Shown here piece after piece: positions 42,991-51,104 of a stretch of DNA of 64,000 bases. Under the pieces are notes generated by a model. The model saw only the letters and a list, made by a program, of their open reading frames with translations, did no database searches and was not told where the DNA came from. Numbering within the stretch: the first letter of the stretch is position 1; every line of letters starts with the position of its first letter. The position numbers and the translations under genes were made by a program. The stretch lies in NCBI GenBank assembly GCA_964447205.1, contig CAYUSB010000042.1:1503-65502 (forward strand), read 5' to 3'. Origin of the DNA: an uncultured Myxococcaceae bacterium. GTDB taxonomy: Bacteria; Myxococcota_A; Polyangia; Polyangiales; Ga0077539.

Positions 42991-43380
42991 TTAGACGGTC
43001 TCGAGGGTCACGTGGGCCCCGCCCATCATGGCGATGGCGGGAAACGCAGCGGCCTGCCAGGTGACCCCTCGCTTCGTACGAAACCGCAGCCGGTACTGCC
43101 GCGGGGCGGGCTCGCCGGCGATCCACGCCACCCAGTCGAGGAAGACGCGAAGGCCCGACGAGTTGACGAAGCGGAGCTCGGTCACGTCGACCACGACCTC
43201 GCCCCCGCCCGCTGCGGCGTCGTGCAGGGCCCGGAAGTGCGGCCCGACCTCGGCCACGGGGTCGCGCAGGGCGAGCTCTCCCCGCAGGGCCAGGGCCCGG
43301 GCCTCGACGAGGGCGACCTCGAAACGTCCCGCATTGAGCGGGGCGACGGAGGCCAGGGAGTCGGTCTTCGTGTCGTTCAC
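42991..43380 (-). CDS. STAS-domain protein (anti-sigma-factor antagonist-like), 129 aa
   Basis: …VVVDVTELRFVNSSGLRVFLDWVAWIAG… Its start overlaps the stop of the upstream RsbW-like gene. It is a paralogue of the C-terminal domain of the kinase at 43890..45188. Confidence 0.65.
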   Translation of the reverse strand: MNDTKTDSLASVAPLNAGRFEVALVEARALALRGELALRDPVAEVGPHFRALHDAAAGGGEVVVDVTELRFVNSSGLRVFLDWVAWIAGEPAPRQYRLRFRTKRGVTWQAAAFPAIAMMGGAHVTLETV

Positions 43381-43853
43381 GAGGCCCCCCCCTCGATGCG
43401 GCGGGTTGCGGTGACGGTGATCACCCGGTCGGTGTAGTCGCCCGCGAGGTCAAACCCGCCCTCGCAGCCGATGCGATAGATCCCGAGGCGGCTCGATCCC
43501 CCGGGGGAGGTCATGAGCTCGCGCAGCCGGGCGAGGTAGAGGGCCATGCGGTCGTCGGCCGCAGAGAGGCGCTCGATGTGAGCGAGGAGGTCGCGGGCCC
43601 CGGCCTCGGAGGCCGCCCCGTTGCGCACCACCACCCGCACGACGTCGCCGTCGCGGTGGAGCGACACGGTGGCGTTGGGGGCCGCGGGCACCGACTCGCC
43701 GTACTTGATGGCGTTCTCTACGAGCTCGGAGGCGGTCATGACGGTGGCCTCGCGGGCCTCGGGGGGCAGATCGGCCAGGAGGGCCTCCACCTTGTCGCGG
43801 ACGTCTTGCACCTCGGACCACATGGTACGAAGCGGCATGTCGAGCAGGGCCAT
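43377..43853 (-). CDS. RsbW/SpoIIAB-like anti-sigma factor / Ser-protein kinase (GHKL ATPase fold), 158 aa
   Basis: An N-box-like ELVENAIKYG and a G2-like GGSSRLGIY, with a size and position typical of partner-switch kinases. I did not resolve all motifs. Confidence 0.55.
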   Translation of the reverse strand: MALLDMPLRTMWSEVQDVRDKVEALLADLPPEAREATVMTASELVENAIKYGESVPAAPNATVSLHRDGDVVRVVVRNGAASEAGARDLLAHIERLSAADDRMALYLARLRELMTSPGGSSRLGIYRIGCEGGFDLAGDYTDRVITVTATRRIEGGAS

Positions 43854-43889
43854 GGTCGTGCTTCTTTCTGCGCGAGAGAGGGGCGGCCG

Positions 43890-45188
43890 TCAGGGCGCGT
43901 CGCCGAAGATCACCCGGATGGCGTCCGGGGCGATCATCTCCAGGGGCTTGAGGTTGGCCCGCTGCCACAGGACGCCCGGGTCGGCCAGGACCACGAGGCG
44001 GTAGCGGCGACCGGGGGGCTCGGCGTGGATCCAGGCCACCCAACGAATAAACAGCCCCAGGGCCGAGGAGTTGATCTGCTTGACCCGACGCACGTCGAGG
44101 ACGAGGTCGCCCCCCCCGGCGGCGCACTCGTGGACGCGCTGGAAGTGGGGGATGAGGGCCTGCTCGGGGTCGCGGGGGGTGATGCTCCCGACGAAGACCA
44201 GGCGCCCCACGGACTCGACCCCCACCGAGAACGACCGGTGGGTCAGGGGGGCCACCGTGGCGAGCAGGGGGGCCGGGGCCTTCTCCGCGGGGGCCGTACG
44301 GCGCGGGAGCTCGGAGCCGCCCGGCTCGGGCATCGCCGCGAGGCGGGCCAGGGCGTCGGCGGCGCTCGGGGGGCGATCGTCGGGGCGGTGGGCCAGGCAC
44401 GACCGCACGAGGCCGGCCACCTCGGGGTCGTCGAAGGCCACCCCGGGGGGAGCCTCCACCAGGCGCCCCGCCTGGAGGGCCTCGACCCGCTCGCGCCCGC
44501 GGAAGGGATGCATCCCCGTGGCCAGCTCGTGCAAGATCACCCCGAACGAGAACAGGTCGGCCCGGGCGTCGACCGGCCGCCCGAGGATCATCTCGGGGGC
44601 CATGTACCGCACCGTGCCGGCCATCGTGCCCTCGGTGGGGTCGTCGCCGGGGCGCCACCGGCGGGCCACGCCGAAGTCAAGGAGCTTGACGACGCCCCCG
44701 TGGGTGAGGAAGAGGTTGTCGGGCTTGAGGTCGAGGTGCAGGACCCCCGCGGCGTGGGCGGCGTCGAGGCCGGCGAGGGCGTCGCGGGCCCAGGCCCGGA
44801 CCTCGGCGGGGGTGGGGCGGCGGTCGTGGAGGATCTCGCGGAGGGTCTGTCCACGGAGTAGTTCCATCACGATGTAGGCGTTGCCTTCGTGGACTCCGAG
44901 CTCGTAGACGGCGACGACGTTGGGGTGGTTGAGGGCGGCCAGGAGCCGGGCTTCGTCCAGGGTGCGGGCGTCGGAGCGGGCGGCCACCTTGAGGGCCACC
45001 TCGCGCTGCAGGTGCAGGTCTTCGGCGCTGTGGATGTGGCCCATCCCTCCGCTGCCGAGGTGCCGCAGGATGCGGTAGTGCCCGAGCACGGTCCCCGGAG
45101 CCATGGGGCCCTGGGTGGGCGGATCGTCGACCGACGGGCGGAGGGCGTCGGTGGCCGCCTGGGTGTCATCGCCGGAGCCCGAACTCAT
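43890..45188 (-). CDS. Hanks-type Ser/Thr kinase fused to a C-terminal STAS-like domain (432 aa)
   Basis: Kinase motifs are present (GSGGMGHIHSAED, VALK, HLDLKPDN, DFGVA, VRYMAPE). The C-terminus (VLDVRRVKQINSSALGLFIRWVAWIHAEPPGRRYRLVVL) is paralogous to the stand-alone STAS protein 42991..43380 (VVDVTELRFVNSSGLRVFLDWVAWIAGEPAPRQYRLRF). Confidence 0.75.
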   Translation of the reverse strand: MSSGSGDDTQAATDALRPSVDDPPTQGPMAPGTVLGHYRILRHLGSGGMGHIHSAEDLHLQREVALKVAARSDARTLDEARLLAALNHPNVVAVYELGVHEGNAYIVMELLRGQTLREILHDRRPTPAEVRAWARDALAGLDAAHAAGVLHLDLKPDNLFLTHGGVVKLLDFGVARRWRPGDDPTEGTMAGTVRYMAPEMILGRPVDARADLFSFGVILHELATGMHPFRGRERVEALQAGRLVEAPPGVAFDDPEVAGLVRSCLAHRPDDRPPSAADALARLAAMPEPGGSELPRRTAPAEKAPAPLLATVAPLTHRSFSVGVESVGRLVFVGSITPRDPEQALIPHFQRVHECAAGGGDLVLDVRRVKQINSSALGLFIRWVAWIHAEPPGRRYRLVVLADPGVLWQRANLKPLEMIAPDAIRVIFGDAP

Positions 45189-45302
45189 GCCGCGCCGAGG
45201 CTACACCGTCCGGCACCGTGCGCGATAGCCGTACGCGCACCCCCACGTGGTGTTCGCGGTTGCGGCGGGGCCCGGCCCCGTGAAAGCCTCTCGGACCCAC
45301 CG

Positions 45303-47306
45303 ATGAGCGCACCGACTGACCCCGAGGCCCCTTCGTCCACCGGGCCGACCGACACCTTCCCCATTGACACCCGACCCCTGAGCGACCCCGAGGCCATCGC
45401 GGCCCGCGACCAGGAGTGGCTCGACAAGGTGTACGCCCGAGGCGAAGCCCAGCTCACCGTCCGGGCTGCCGTCACGGGCATGATCCTCGGGGCGCTCCTC
45501 GGAGCCTCCAACCTCTACATCGGCCTCAAAATCGGGTGGAACTTCGGGATGAGCATCACGGCCAGCGTCCTGGCCTTCGCCATCTTCTCGGGCATCCGCA
45601 CGCTCTTTCCCAAGAGCCCCGAGTTCACCATGCTGGAGAACAACACGTCGCAGACGGCGGCCTCGGCCGCGGCGTACATGTCCAGCGCGGGCCTGGTGAG
45701 CTCGATCCCCGCCCTCACCATGCTCCAGCGCGAGGGGGTGATCACCATCGCCCCGCTGGAGGGCTGGCGCCTGACGGCCTGGCTCCTGGCCATCTCCGTC
45801 CTCGGGGTGGTGGTGGCCATCCCCCTCAAGCGCAGCCTGATCAACGCCGAGCAGCTCCGCTTCCCGAGCGGGGTGGTCTGCGCCGAGACCATCCGCACGA
45901 TGCACAGCGCGGGCAAGGAGTCCCTCGCCAAGGCCCGCTCCCTGCTCTACGGGGGCCTCGGGGCGGCGGCCCTGAAGTTTGTCTTCGAGTGCAAGATCGG
46001 GATCCTGCGTCACCTCCCTGAGACCCTGCCCATGCCCTTCATGGTGCGCGGCTACGCGGCCTCGGCCTGGAGCTTCGGCCTCAACACGTCCCTCCTCCTG
46101 TACGCCGCGGGGGCCATCATCGGCCTCAAGGTGGCCCTGTCCCTCTCCCTCGGGGGCCTGGTCAACTACGGCCTCCTGGGCCCGTGGCTGCTCGACCACG
46201 GGGTCTTGCGGGTCGCCCCGGGCGCCGTGGCCGCCGACCCCGCCCAGTGGGCCGCCTTCCGCGACGCGGCCGAACACGCCCACGCCATCCCCGTCCGCTC
46301 GGCCGCCTCCCTGCACGCCGTCCTGCGCTCGAAGTGGAGCGTCTGGCCCGGGACCTCCCTCATGGTGAGCGCCAGCCTCGTGGCCTTCGCCTTCCGCTGG
46401 CGCACGATCGCCCGGGCCTTCTCGGGGGTCACCCGCCTCTTCTCGCGCAAGCCCCAGGCCGTCGACCCCCTGGCCGAGGTGGAGGTTCCGCAGAGCTGGT
46501 TTGGCATCGGGCTCTTGCTGTGCGGGGTGGCTACGGTGGTGATGCAGCGGGTGTGGTTTGACGTGCCCGTCTTCGAGGGCATCCTGTCGGTGGCCATGGC
46601 CTTCCTGCTCTCAGTGGTGGCCGCCCGGGCCACGGGCGAGACCGACGTGACCCCCATCGGGGCCATGGGAAAGATCACCCAGCTCACCTTTGGGGTTCTC
46701 GTCCCGGGCAACGCCGCGGCCAACCTCATGACGGCCACGGTCACGGCCGGGGCCGCCGCCCACTCGGCCGACCTCCTCACCGAGGTCAAGACCGGCTACC
46801 TCCTCGGGGGAGCCCCTCGACGGCAGTTCTGGGCGCAGATCCTGGGGGTGGTGTCCGGGGGGTTCGCGTGTGTGCTCGCGTACTCCTTCATCGCCCGCCC
46901 CGAGCGCCTCGGCAACGAGCTCGCGGCCCCCGCGGCCGTGGCCTGGGCCTCCGTGGCCCGCCTCCTCAAAGACGGCCCGCAGAACCTCCCCCGGTTTGCC
47001 CTCCACGCCATCGTGATCGGGGCCGTGATCGGGGCCATCCTGGCCGTGGTCGACGAGTTTGTCCCCGCCCGGATCAAGCGCTTCTTGCCGAGCGCCACGG
47101 GCCTCGGGATCGCCTTCGTCATCGACCTCAACGACTCCCTGGCCATGCTGGTCGGGGCCCTCGCGGCCTGGGCCCTGGCCCGCACCCGGGCCGACCTCGC
47201 CGCCCGCTACACGGTCTCGGTCTCGTCGGGCATGGTGGCCGGGGAGGGGCTGATGGGCATCGGGGTCATCGTCCTGCGCGACGTGCTCCACTGGCTGCCG
47301 TCATGA
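45303..47306 (+). CDS. OPT-family oligopeptide transporter (about 14-16 TM), 667 aa
   Basis: …GMILGALLGASNLYIGLKIGWNFGMSITASVLAFAIF… with multiple TM segments characteristic of the OPT/YSL superfamily. The ATG at 45303 is in frame with track ORF 44889..47306, whose upstream part is Gly/Arg-rich. Confidence 0.8.
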   Translation: MSAPTDPEAPSSTGPTDTFPIDTRPLSDPEAIAARDQEWLDKVYARGEAQLTVRAAVTGMILGALLGASNLYIGLKIGWNFGMSITASVLAFAIFSGIRTLFPKSPEFTMLENNTSQTAASAAAYMSSAGLVSSIPALTMLQREGVITIAPLEGWRLTAWLLAISVLGVVVAIPLKRSLINAEQLRFPSGVVCAETIRTMHSAGKESLAKARSLLYGGLGAAALKFVFECKIGILRHLPETLPMPFMVRGYAASAWSFGLNTSLLLYAAGAIIGLKVALSLSLGGLVNYGLLGPWLLDHGVLRVAPGAVAADPAQWAAFRDAAEHAHAIPVRSAASLHAVLRSKWSVWPGTSLMVSASLVAFAFRWRTIARAFSGVTRLFSRKPQAVDPLAEVEVPQSWFGIGLLLCGVATVVMQRVWFDVPVFEGILSVAMAFLLSVVAARATGETDVTPIGAMGKITQLTFGVLVPGNAAANLMTATVTAGAAAHSADLLTEVKTGYLLGGAPRRQFWAQILGVVSGGFACVLAYSFIARPERLGNELAAPAAVAWASVARLLKDGPQNLPRFALHAIVIGAVIGAILAVVDEFVPARIKRFLPSATGLGIAFVIDLNDSLAMLVGALAAWALARTRADLAARYTVSVSSGMVAGEGLMGIGVIVLRDVLHWLPS

Positions 47307-47956
47307 GCCGCGGGTATTCCGTCAAGGAGCTTTTCTATACCCTCCAGGGCGAAGGGGCCCAGGCCGGCCGGGCGGCGGTTTTTCTGCGCTTCACGGGCTG
47401 CAACCTCTGGTCGGGCCGCCCCGAGGGACGGGCCACGGGGGCGGGGGGCTGCGCGCGGTGGTGCGACACCGATTTTGTCGGGACCGACGGCCCGGGCGGC
47501 GGCAGGTTTCTGTCCGCGGGTCAGTTGGCGGAGGCGGTCGACGCGACGTGGACGGCCCCGCGACAGGGCGCGACCCCGTTGGTGGTGTGTACGGGGGGAG
47601 AGCCCCTCCTGCAGCTCGACCCGGCCCTGATCGAGGCCCTGCACGCCCGGGGCTTCGAGGTGGCGGTGGAGACCAACGGGACCGTCCCCCTGCCCCCGGG
47701 GCTCGACTGGGTGTGCGTGAGCCCCAAGGCCGGGGCCCCGGTGGTGGTGACGGGCGGGGACGAGCTGAAGCTGGTCTATCCCCAGGAGGGGGTCGACCCG
47801 GCAGAGTTTGAGTCTCTGGACTTCGCCCGGTGGATGCTCCAGCCCCTGGACGGGCCCGACCGGGCGGCCCACACCGAGGCCGTGGTGCGCTACTGCCTCG
47901 CCCACCCGCGCTGGCGGGTGTCGCTGCAGACCCACAAGCTCCTGGGGATCCCCTGA
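47303..47956 (+). CDS. queE: 7-carboxy-7-deazaguanine synthase (radical SAM, queuosine/archaeosine precursor pathway)
   Basis: MSRGYSVKELFYTLQGEGAQAGRAAVFLRFTGCNLW…CDTDF…VVCTGGEPLLQ is the QueE signature with the CxxxCxxC-variant cluster region. Its ATG overlaps the OPT stop (ATGA). Confidence 0.8.
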   Translation: MSRGYSVKELFYTLQGEGAQAGRAAVFLRFTGCNLWSGRPEGRATGAGGCARWCDTDFVGTDGPGGGRFLSAGQLAEAVDATWTAPRQGATPLVVCTGGEPLLQLDPALIEALHARGFEVAVETNGTVPLPPGLDWVCVSPKAGAPVVVTGGDELKLVYPQEGVDPAEFESLDFARWMLQPLDGPDRAAHTEAVVRYCLAHPRWRVSLQTHKLLGIP

Positions 47957-47989
47957 GCGGGAGACCGCCCAGGGGAGCGCCCTCGGGGG

Positions 47990-48595
47990 CTACCGGATGA
48001 CGGCGCGGAAGTAGAGGGTCGTGGCGATGCGCATGTCGAAGCTCGACGGGCGAGAGGCGGCGGCGGGGACCCGGATTCCGACCTTGAAGCTTCCCCCGAG
48101 GAGGTCGCGGCGGATGGGGTCGAGGGCCGCCCGGTCGGCGCTGAGGCTGACCTCGACGGGCCCGGCCCCGGTGGGCTGCGCCACGGTGCCGATGTTGACC
48201 GTGGTGGACGAGCTCGCGAGGTAGACCACGAGGGGCCCCCCGAGGACCTGCTCGAAGGCCGTCACCCCGCGGGTGTCCCGGTCGATGGTGAGGGTCACCC
48301 GGTCGACCACGACCGCGGCCCCGGGGGTGTCGGGGTTGAACTGGGCCCCGAGGGCGGTCCGGGCGGCCTGGAGGAAGGCCCCGTAGGGGTTTCCGCTCTC
48401 GCTCGAGACGCTCTTGTCGGAGTCGAAGGCGTTGTTGCGCACGTCTCCGTCCTTGAACTTGTCGAGGCGGATGTTGACCGGTCCCGAGTGGCTGAGGGTG
48501 ACCCCCCCGCCGTCGTTGGTCGCGTCGCCGCAGCCTGCGACCAGAAAAACCAGGGCCAGGGCCCGCCCGCTGTACTTCGTCAAGACGTTGATCAT
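47990..48595 (-). CDS. Lipoprotein (~201 aa)
   Basis: MINVLTKYSGRALALVFLVAGCGDA has a signal peptide and lipobox. The start overlaps the stop of the upstream MYXO-CTERM gene. The upstream extension in track ORF 47990..48880 is Arg-rich and I rejected it. Confidence 0.5.
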   Translation of the reverse strand: MINVLTKYSGRALALVFLVAGCGDATNDGGGVTLSHSGPVNIRLDKFKDGDVRNNAFDSDKSVSSESGNPYGAFLQAARTALGAQFNPDTPGAAVVVDRVTLTIDRDTRGVTAFEQVLGGPLVVYLASSSTTVNIGTVAQPTGAGPVEVSLSADRAALDPIRRDLLGGSFKVGIRVPAAASRPSSFDMRIATTLYFRAVIR

Positions 48596-49800
48596 CGAGT
48601 CTCCGTGTGAGTGTAGGTGTGAGTGTGATGCCGACGCCGACGGCGCGCGGCCAGGCCGAGCAGGGCCCCGAGCGTGGCCACGGCGGCTCCGCGGCCCGAA
48701 CCCGTCGTGCTCCCGGCGGCCCGGCACCCGCAGCCTCCGTCGTCGGTGCCGGTCCCGCCCGCGTCGGGCCTGGTGGCTCCGTCCTGGGTGGCTCCGTCCT
48801 GAGTCGTCCCGGCGTCTTCGGCGGCCTCGCAGCGGTTGCGGCGACAGACCGTGCCCATCGGACAGATGCGGGACGCGCACGAGTCAGGGACGCACTGGTC
48901 GGCGGTGGTCTCGTCGCAGAATTCGCCCATGGAGCAGGTCAGTCCGATGCACGGAGGCACGCAGAAGGGGTCGCCGTCGACCACCCGGCACACCGTCCCG
49001 TCCCGCGGACAGAAGAACCCGAGCTCCTCCTGGTAGGTGCAGCGGGTGGTGATGCAGCGGCCCGCGATGCAGATCCCACCCGGGCACACGCACATCGGGG
49101 CCCCGTCGGGCGCGAACCCCGCGTCCTGGGGGGGCACGTCGGGCCCCGGAACCACCGGGCGATCGAAGGGGGCGGCCCCGTCAGGCATCGTGGCGGGCAC
49201 GTCCAGGGGGGACCCGGCGTCGCGCGGGGTCCCGGTGTCCACGGGGGTCCCCGTGTCGCGCGGGGTCCCGGTGTCCACGGGGGTCCCGGTGTCCACGGGG
49301 GTCCCGGTGTCCACGGGGGTCCCGGTGTCGCGCGGCGCTCCGGTGTCGACGGGGGTGCCGGTGTCGACGGGGGTCCCGGTGTCGCGCGGCAGCCCGGTGT
49401 CGACGGGAGAGCCCGTATCGACGGGAGTACCCGTGTCGACGGCAGCGCCCGTGTCGACGGCAGCGCCCGTGTCGACGGCAGCGCCCGTGTCGACGGCAGG
49501 CACGTCGGCGGGCGGGACCCCGGCGTCGTAGCCCGGGATCCGCACGCAGGTGCAGGCGCCGTTGCAGCTCACCCAGCCGGCCTGGCAGGCGTCGGGGCGG
49601 GTGCCGCAGAAGGGGGCGTATCCGGCCTCGCAGCCCGTGCCCGACTGCACGCACTGGCCGGGGAAGTTGTGACAGCCGCGGTTGCAGCGGCACTGCCCCT
49701 GGGCCGCGGCCTCCCGGGGGGCGCTCGTGGTGACGGTCATCGCGGCGCAGAGCCCGAGGGCCCAGGCCAGGAGCCATCGAAGGGTGTGAGGAGTGATCAT
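48592..49800 (-). CDS. Secreted Cys-rich protein with PVDTG(T/A) hexapeptide repeats and a MYXO-CTERM-type C-terminal sorting tail (GCGC…hydrophobic…RRRRR)
   Basis: The signal peptide is MITPHTLRWLLAWALGLCAAMTVTTSAPREAAA. There are many Cys, and about 20 tandem PVDTGT/PRDTGT repeats encoded by 18-bp DNA repeats at about 49200-49500. The C-terminus (DDGGCGCRAAGSTTGSGRGAAVATLGALLGLAARRRRR) matches the MYXO-CTERM pattern. Confidence 0.6.
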   Translation of the reverse strand: MITPHTLRWLLAWALGLCAAMTVTTSAPREAAAQGQCRCNRGCHNFPGQCVQSGTGCEAGYAPFCGTRPDACQAGWVSCNGACTCVRIPGYDAGVPPADVPAVDTGAAVDTGAAVDTGAAVDTGTPVDTGSPVDTGLPRDTGTPVDTGTPVDTGAPRDTGTPVDTGTPVDTGTPVDTGTPRDTGTPVDTGTPRDAGSPLDVPATMPDGAAPFDRPVVPGPDVPPQDAGFAPDGAPMCVCPGGICIAGRCITTRCTYQEELGFFCPRDGTVCRVVDGDPFCVPPCIGLTCSMGEFCDETTADQCVPDSCASRICPMGTVCRRNRCEAAEDAGTTQDGATQDGATRPDAGGTGTDDGGCGCRAAGSTTGSGRGAAVATLGALLGLAARRRRRHHTHTYTHTETR

Positions 49801-50774
49801 GGGTTGGGGCAGTTTCGATTGGTGAAGGTGAGGGTGAAGGGCTGCGAAGCCCGCGTCGTGCGACCGCATGCGTCGATCACCGTGACCTCGAACTGCCACG
49901 TCCCCCGGACGCCAAACACCGCCAGCGGGGGCACGTCGGCCATGGGCCCCCCCACCTGCCGCGCGAAGGTGTGCAGCCCCTCACCCGCGAAGGGCGGAGG
50001 CGGCGGCGGGGCGAGCGAGCCGCTCGGGGCCCGCCACGCGAAGTCGGTGCGAGCGCTCGGCCCTCCCCCCGTGACCCGCGCCCCGAACGTGTACATCACC
50101 GGGCGTCCCCCGGCGGTGCAGGTCTCGATCACCGCGTTGGCCGCAGGGGCCGTCACCGCGATCTGGGCCGCGGGGTGCAGACACCCGGCGTCCCGCACCG
50201 GGTTGCCCGTGTCCACCGGGTTGCCCGTGTCCACCGGGTTGCCCGTGTCCACCGGGTTGCCCGCGTCGGGGCGAACCCCCGTGTCGATCGGGTTGCCCGT
50301 GTCCACCGGGTTGCCCGCGTCGGGGCGAACCCCCGTGTCGATCGGGTTGCCCGTGTCCACCGGGTTGCCCGCGTCGGGGCGAACCCCCGTGTCCACCGGG
50401 TTGCCCGTGTCGGGGCGAACCCCCGTGTCCACCGGGTTGCCCGCGTCGTCCGGGGGGTTGCCCGTGTCCTGAGCGGGCCCCGCATCCACCGGGGGCTGCG
50501 CATCCACAGGAGTGCCGGCGTCCGCCGGGTTGTTTGTATCCAGACCAAGGCCCGTATCCGTGACGGGCTCTGCGTCCATCGCGGTCTCTGCCGCATCCGC
50601 CGAGGGAACATCCCCATCGGCGGCACCCACCCCCACGTCGGAGGGGTTGGTGTTGGACGCGTCCCCGCAGCCGATGACCATCCACCCGACACACACGAGG
50701 CCTAGCCACAATCCACGCTTTGGCAATCCGAACACAAGGAACCTCCGTCGCGACTTTCGTTGCACCGCGGACAA
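49797..50774 (-). CDS. Lipoprotein with NPVDTG(V/N) repeats (325 aa)
   Basis: …LWLGLVCVGWMVIGCGDAS contains a lipobox. It carries about 15 NPVDTG/NPIDTG repeats (DNA repeats at about 50195-50470) and a C-terminal globular domain. Its stop overlaps the start of the next gene (ATGA). Confidence 0.55.
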   Translation of the reverse strand: MSAVQRKSRRRFLVFGLPKRGLWLGLVCVGWMVIGCGDASNTNPSDVGVGAADGDVPSADAAETAMDAEPVTDTGLGLDTNNPADAGTPVDAQPPVDAGPAQDTGNPPDDAGNPVDTGVRPDTGNPVDTGVRPDAGNPVDTGNPIDTGVRPDAGNPVDTGNPIDTGVRPDAGNPVDTGNPVDTGNPVDTGNPVRDAGCLHPAAQIAVTAPAANAVIETCTAGGRPVMYTFGARVTGGGPSARTDFAWRAPSGSLAPPPPPPFAGEGLHTFARQVGGPMADVPPLAVFGVRGTWQFEVTVIDACGRTTRASQPFTLTFTNRNCPNP

Positions 50775-51104
50775 CCTACCTCACCAGCATATCTGCGGCC
50801 AATGTCACCGAGGACCGGATTCTGGCGCCAGCGCAATCGGGCGTTGTGAAGAGATCCCACACTCGTGCGCACAACGCGTACACCCACAAGGGCCCGCGCA
50901 CTTCTGCCTGAATTCAACGACATGATGCGGGCATGTGGGCCGATGCGGACAGGCCCGTACAGTCATCTCGCCGACCCTCAGGTCTGCGCCGTCCGCGACC
51001 TGTGTATGCTCGGATATTCTTTCGTTTCTCCACCCAGGATGATCGATCGGGCGGGGTGGGCCCTGGGCGGCGCGGCGCGGTCGGGGTGTTACCCTCGGCG
51101 GCCA

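Noticed and set aside
36606-42994. Antisense ORFs over the globin-kinase gene (36606..39401, minus) and the PP2C phosphatase (41120..42994, plus)
   Set aside because: Same reasoning: kinase and PP2C motifs define the coding strand, and the antisense translations are low complexity.
49200-50470. Possible CRISPR array suggested by the regular 18-bp repeats
   Set aside because: The repeats are contiguous, with no unique spacers. They stay in frame and encode (N)PVDTG peptide repeats within two secreted-protein genes. They are not CRISPR.
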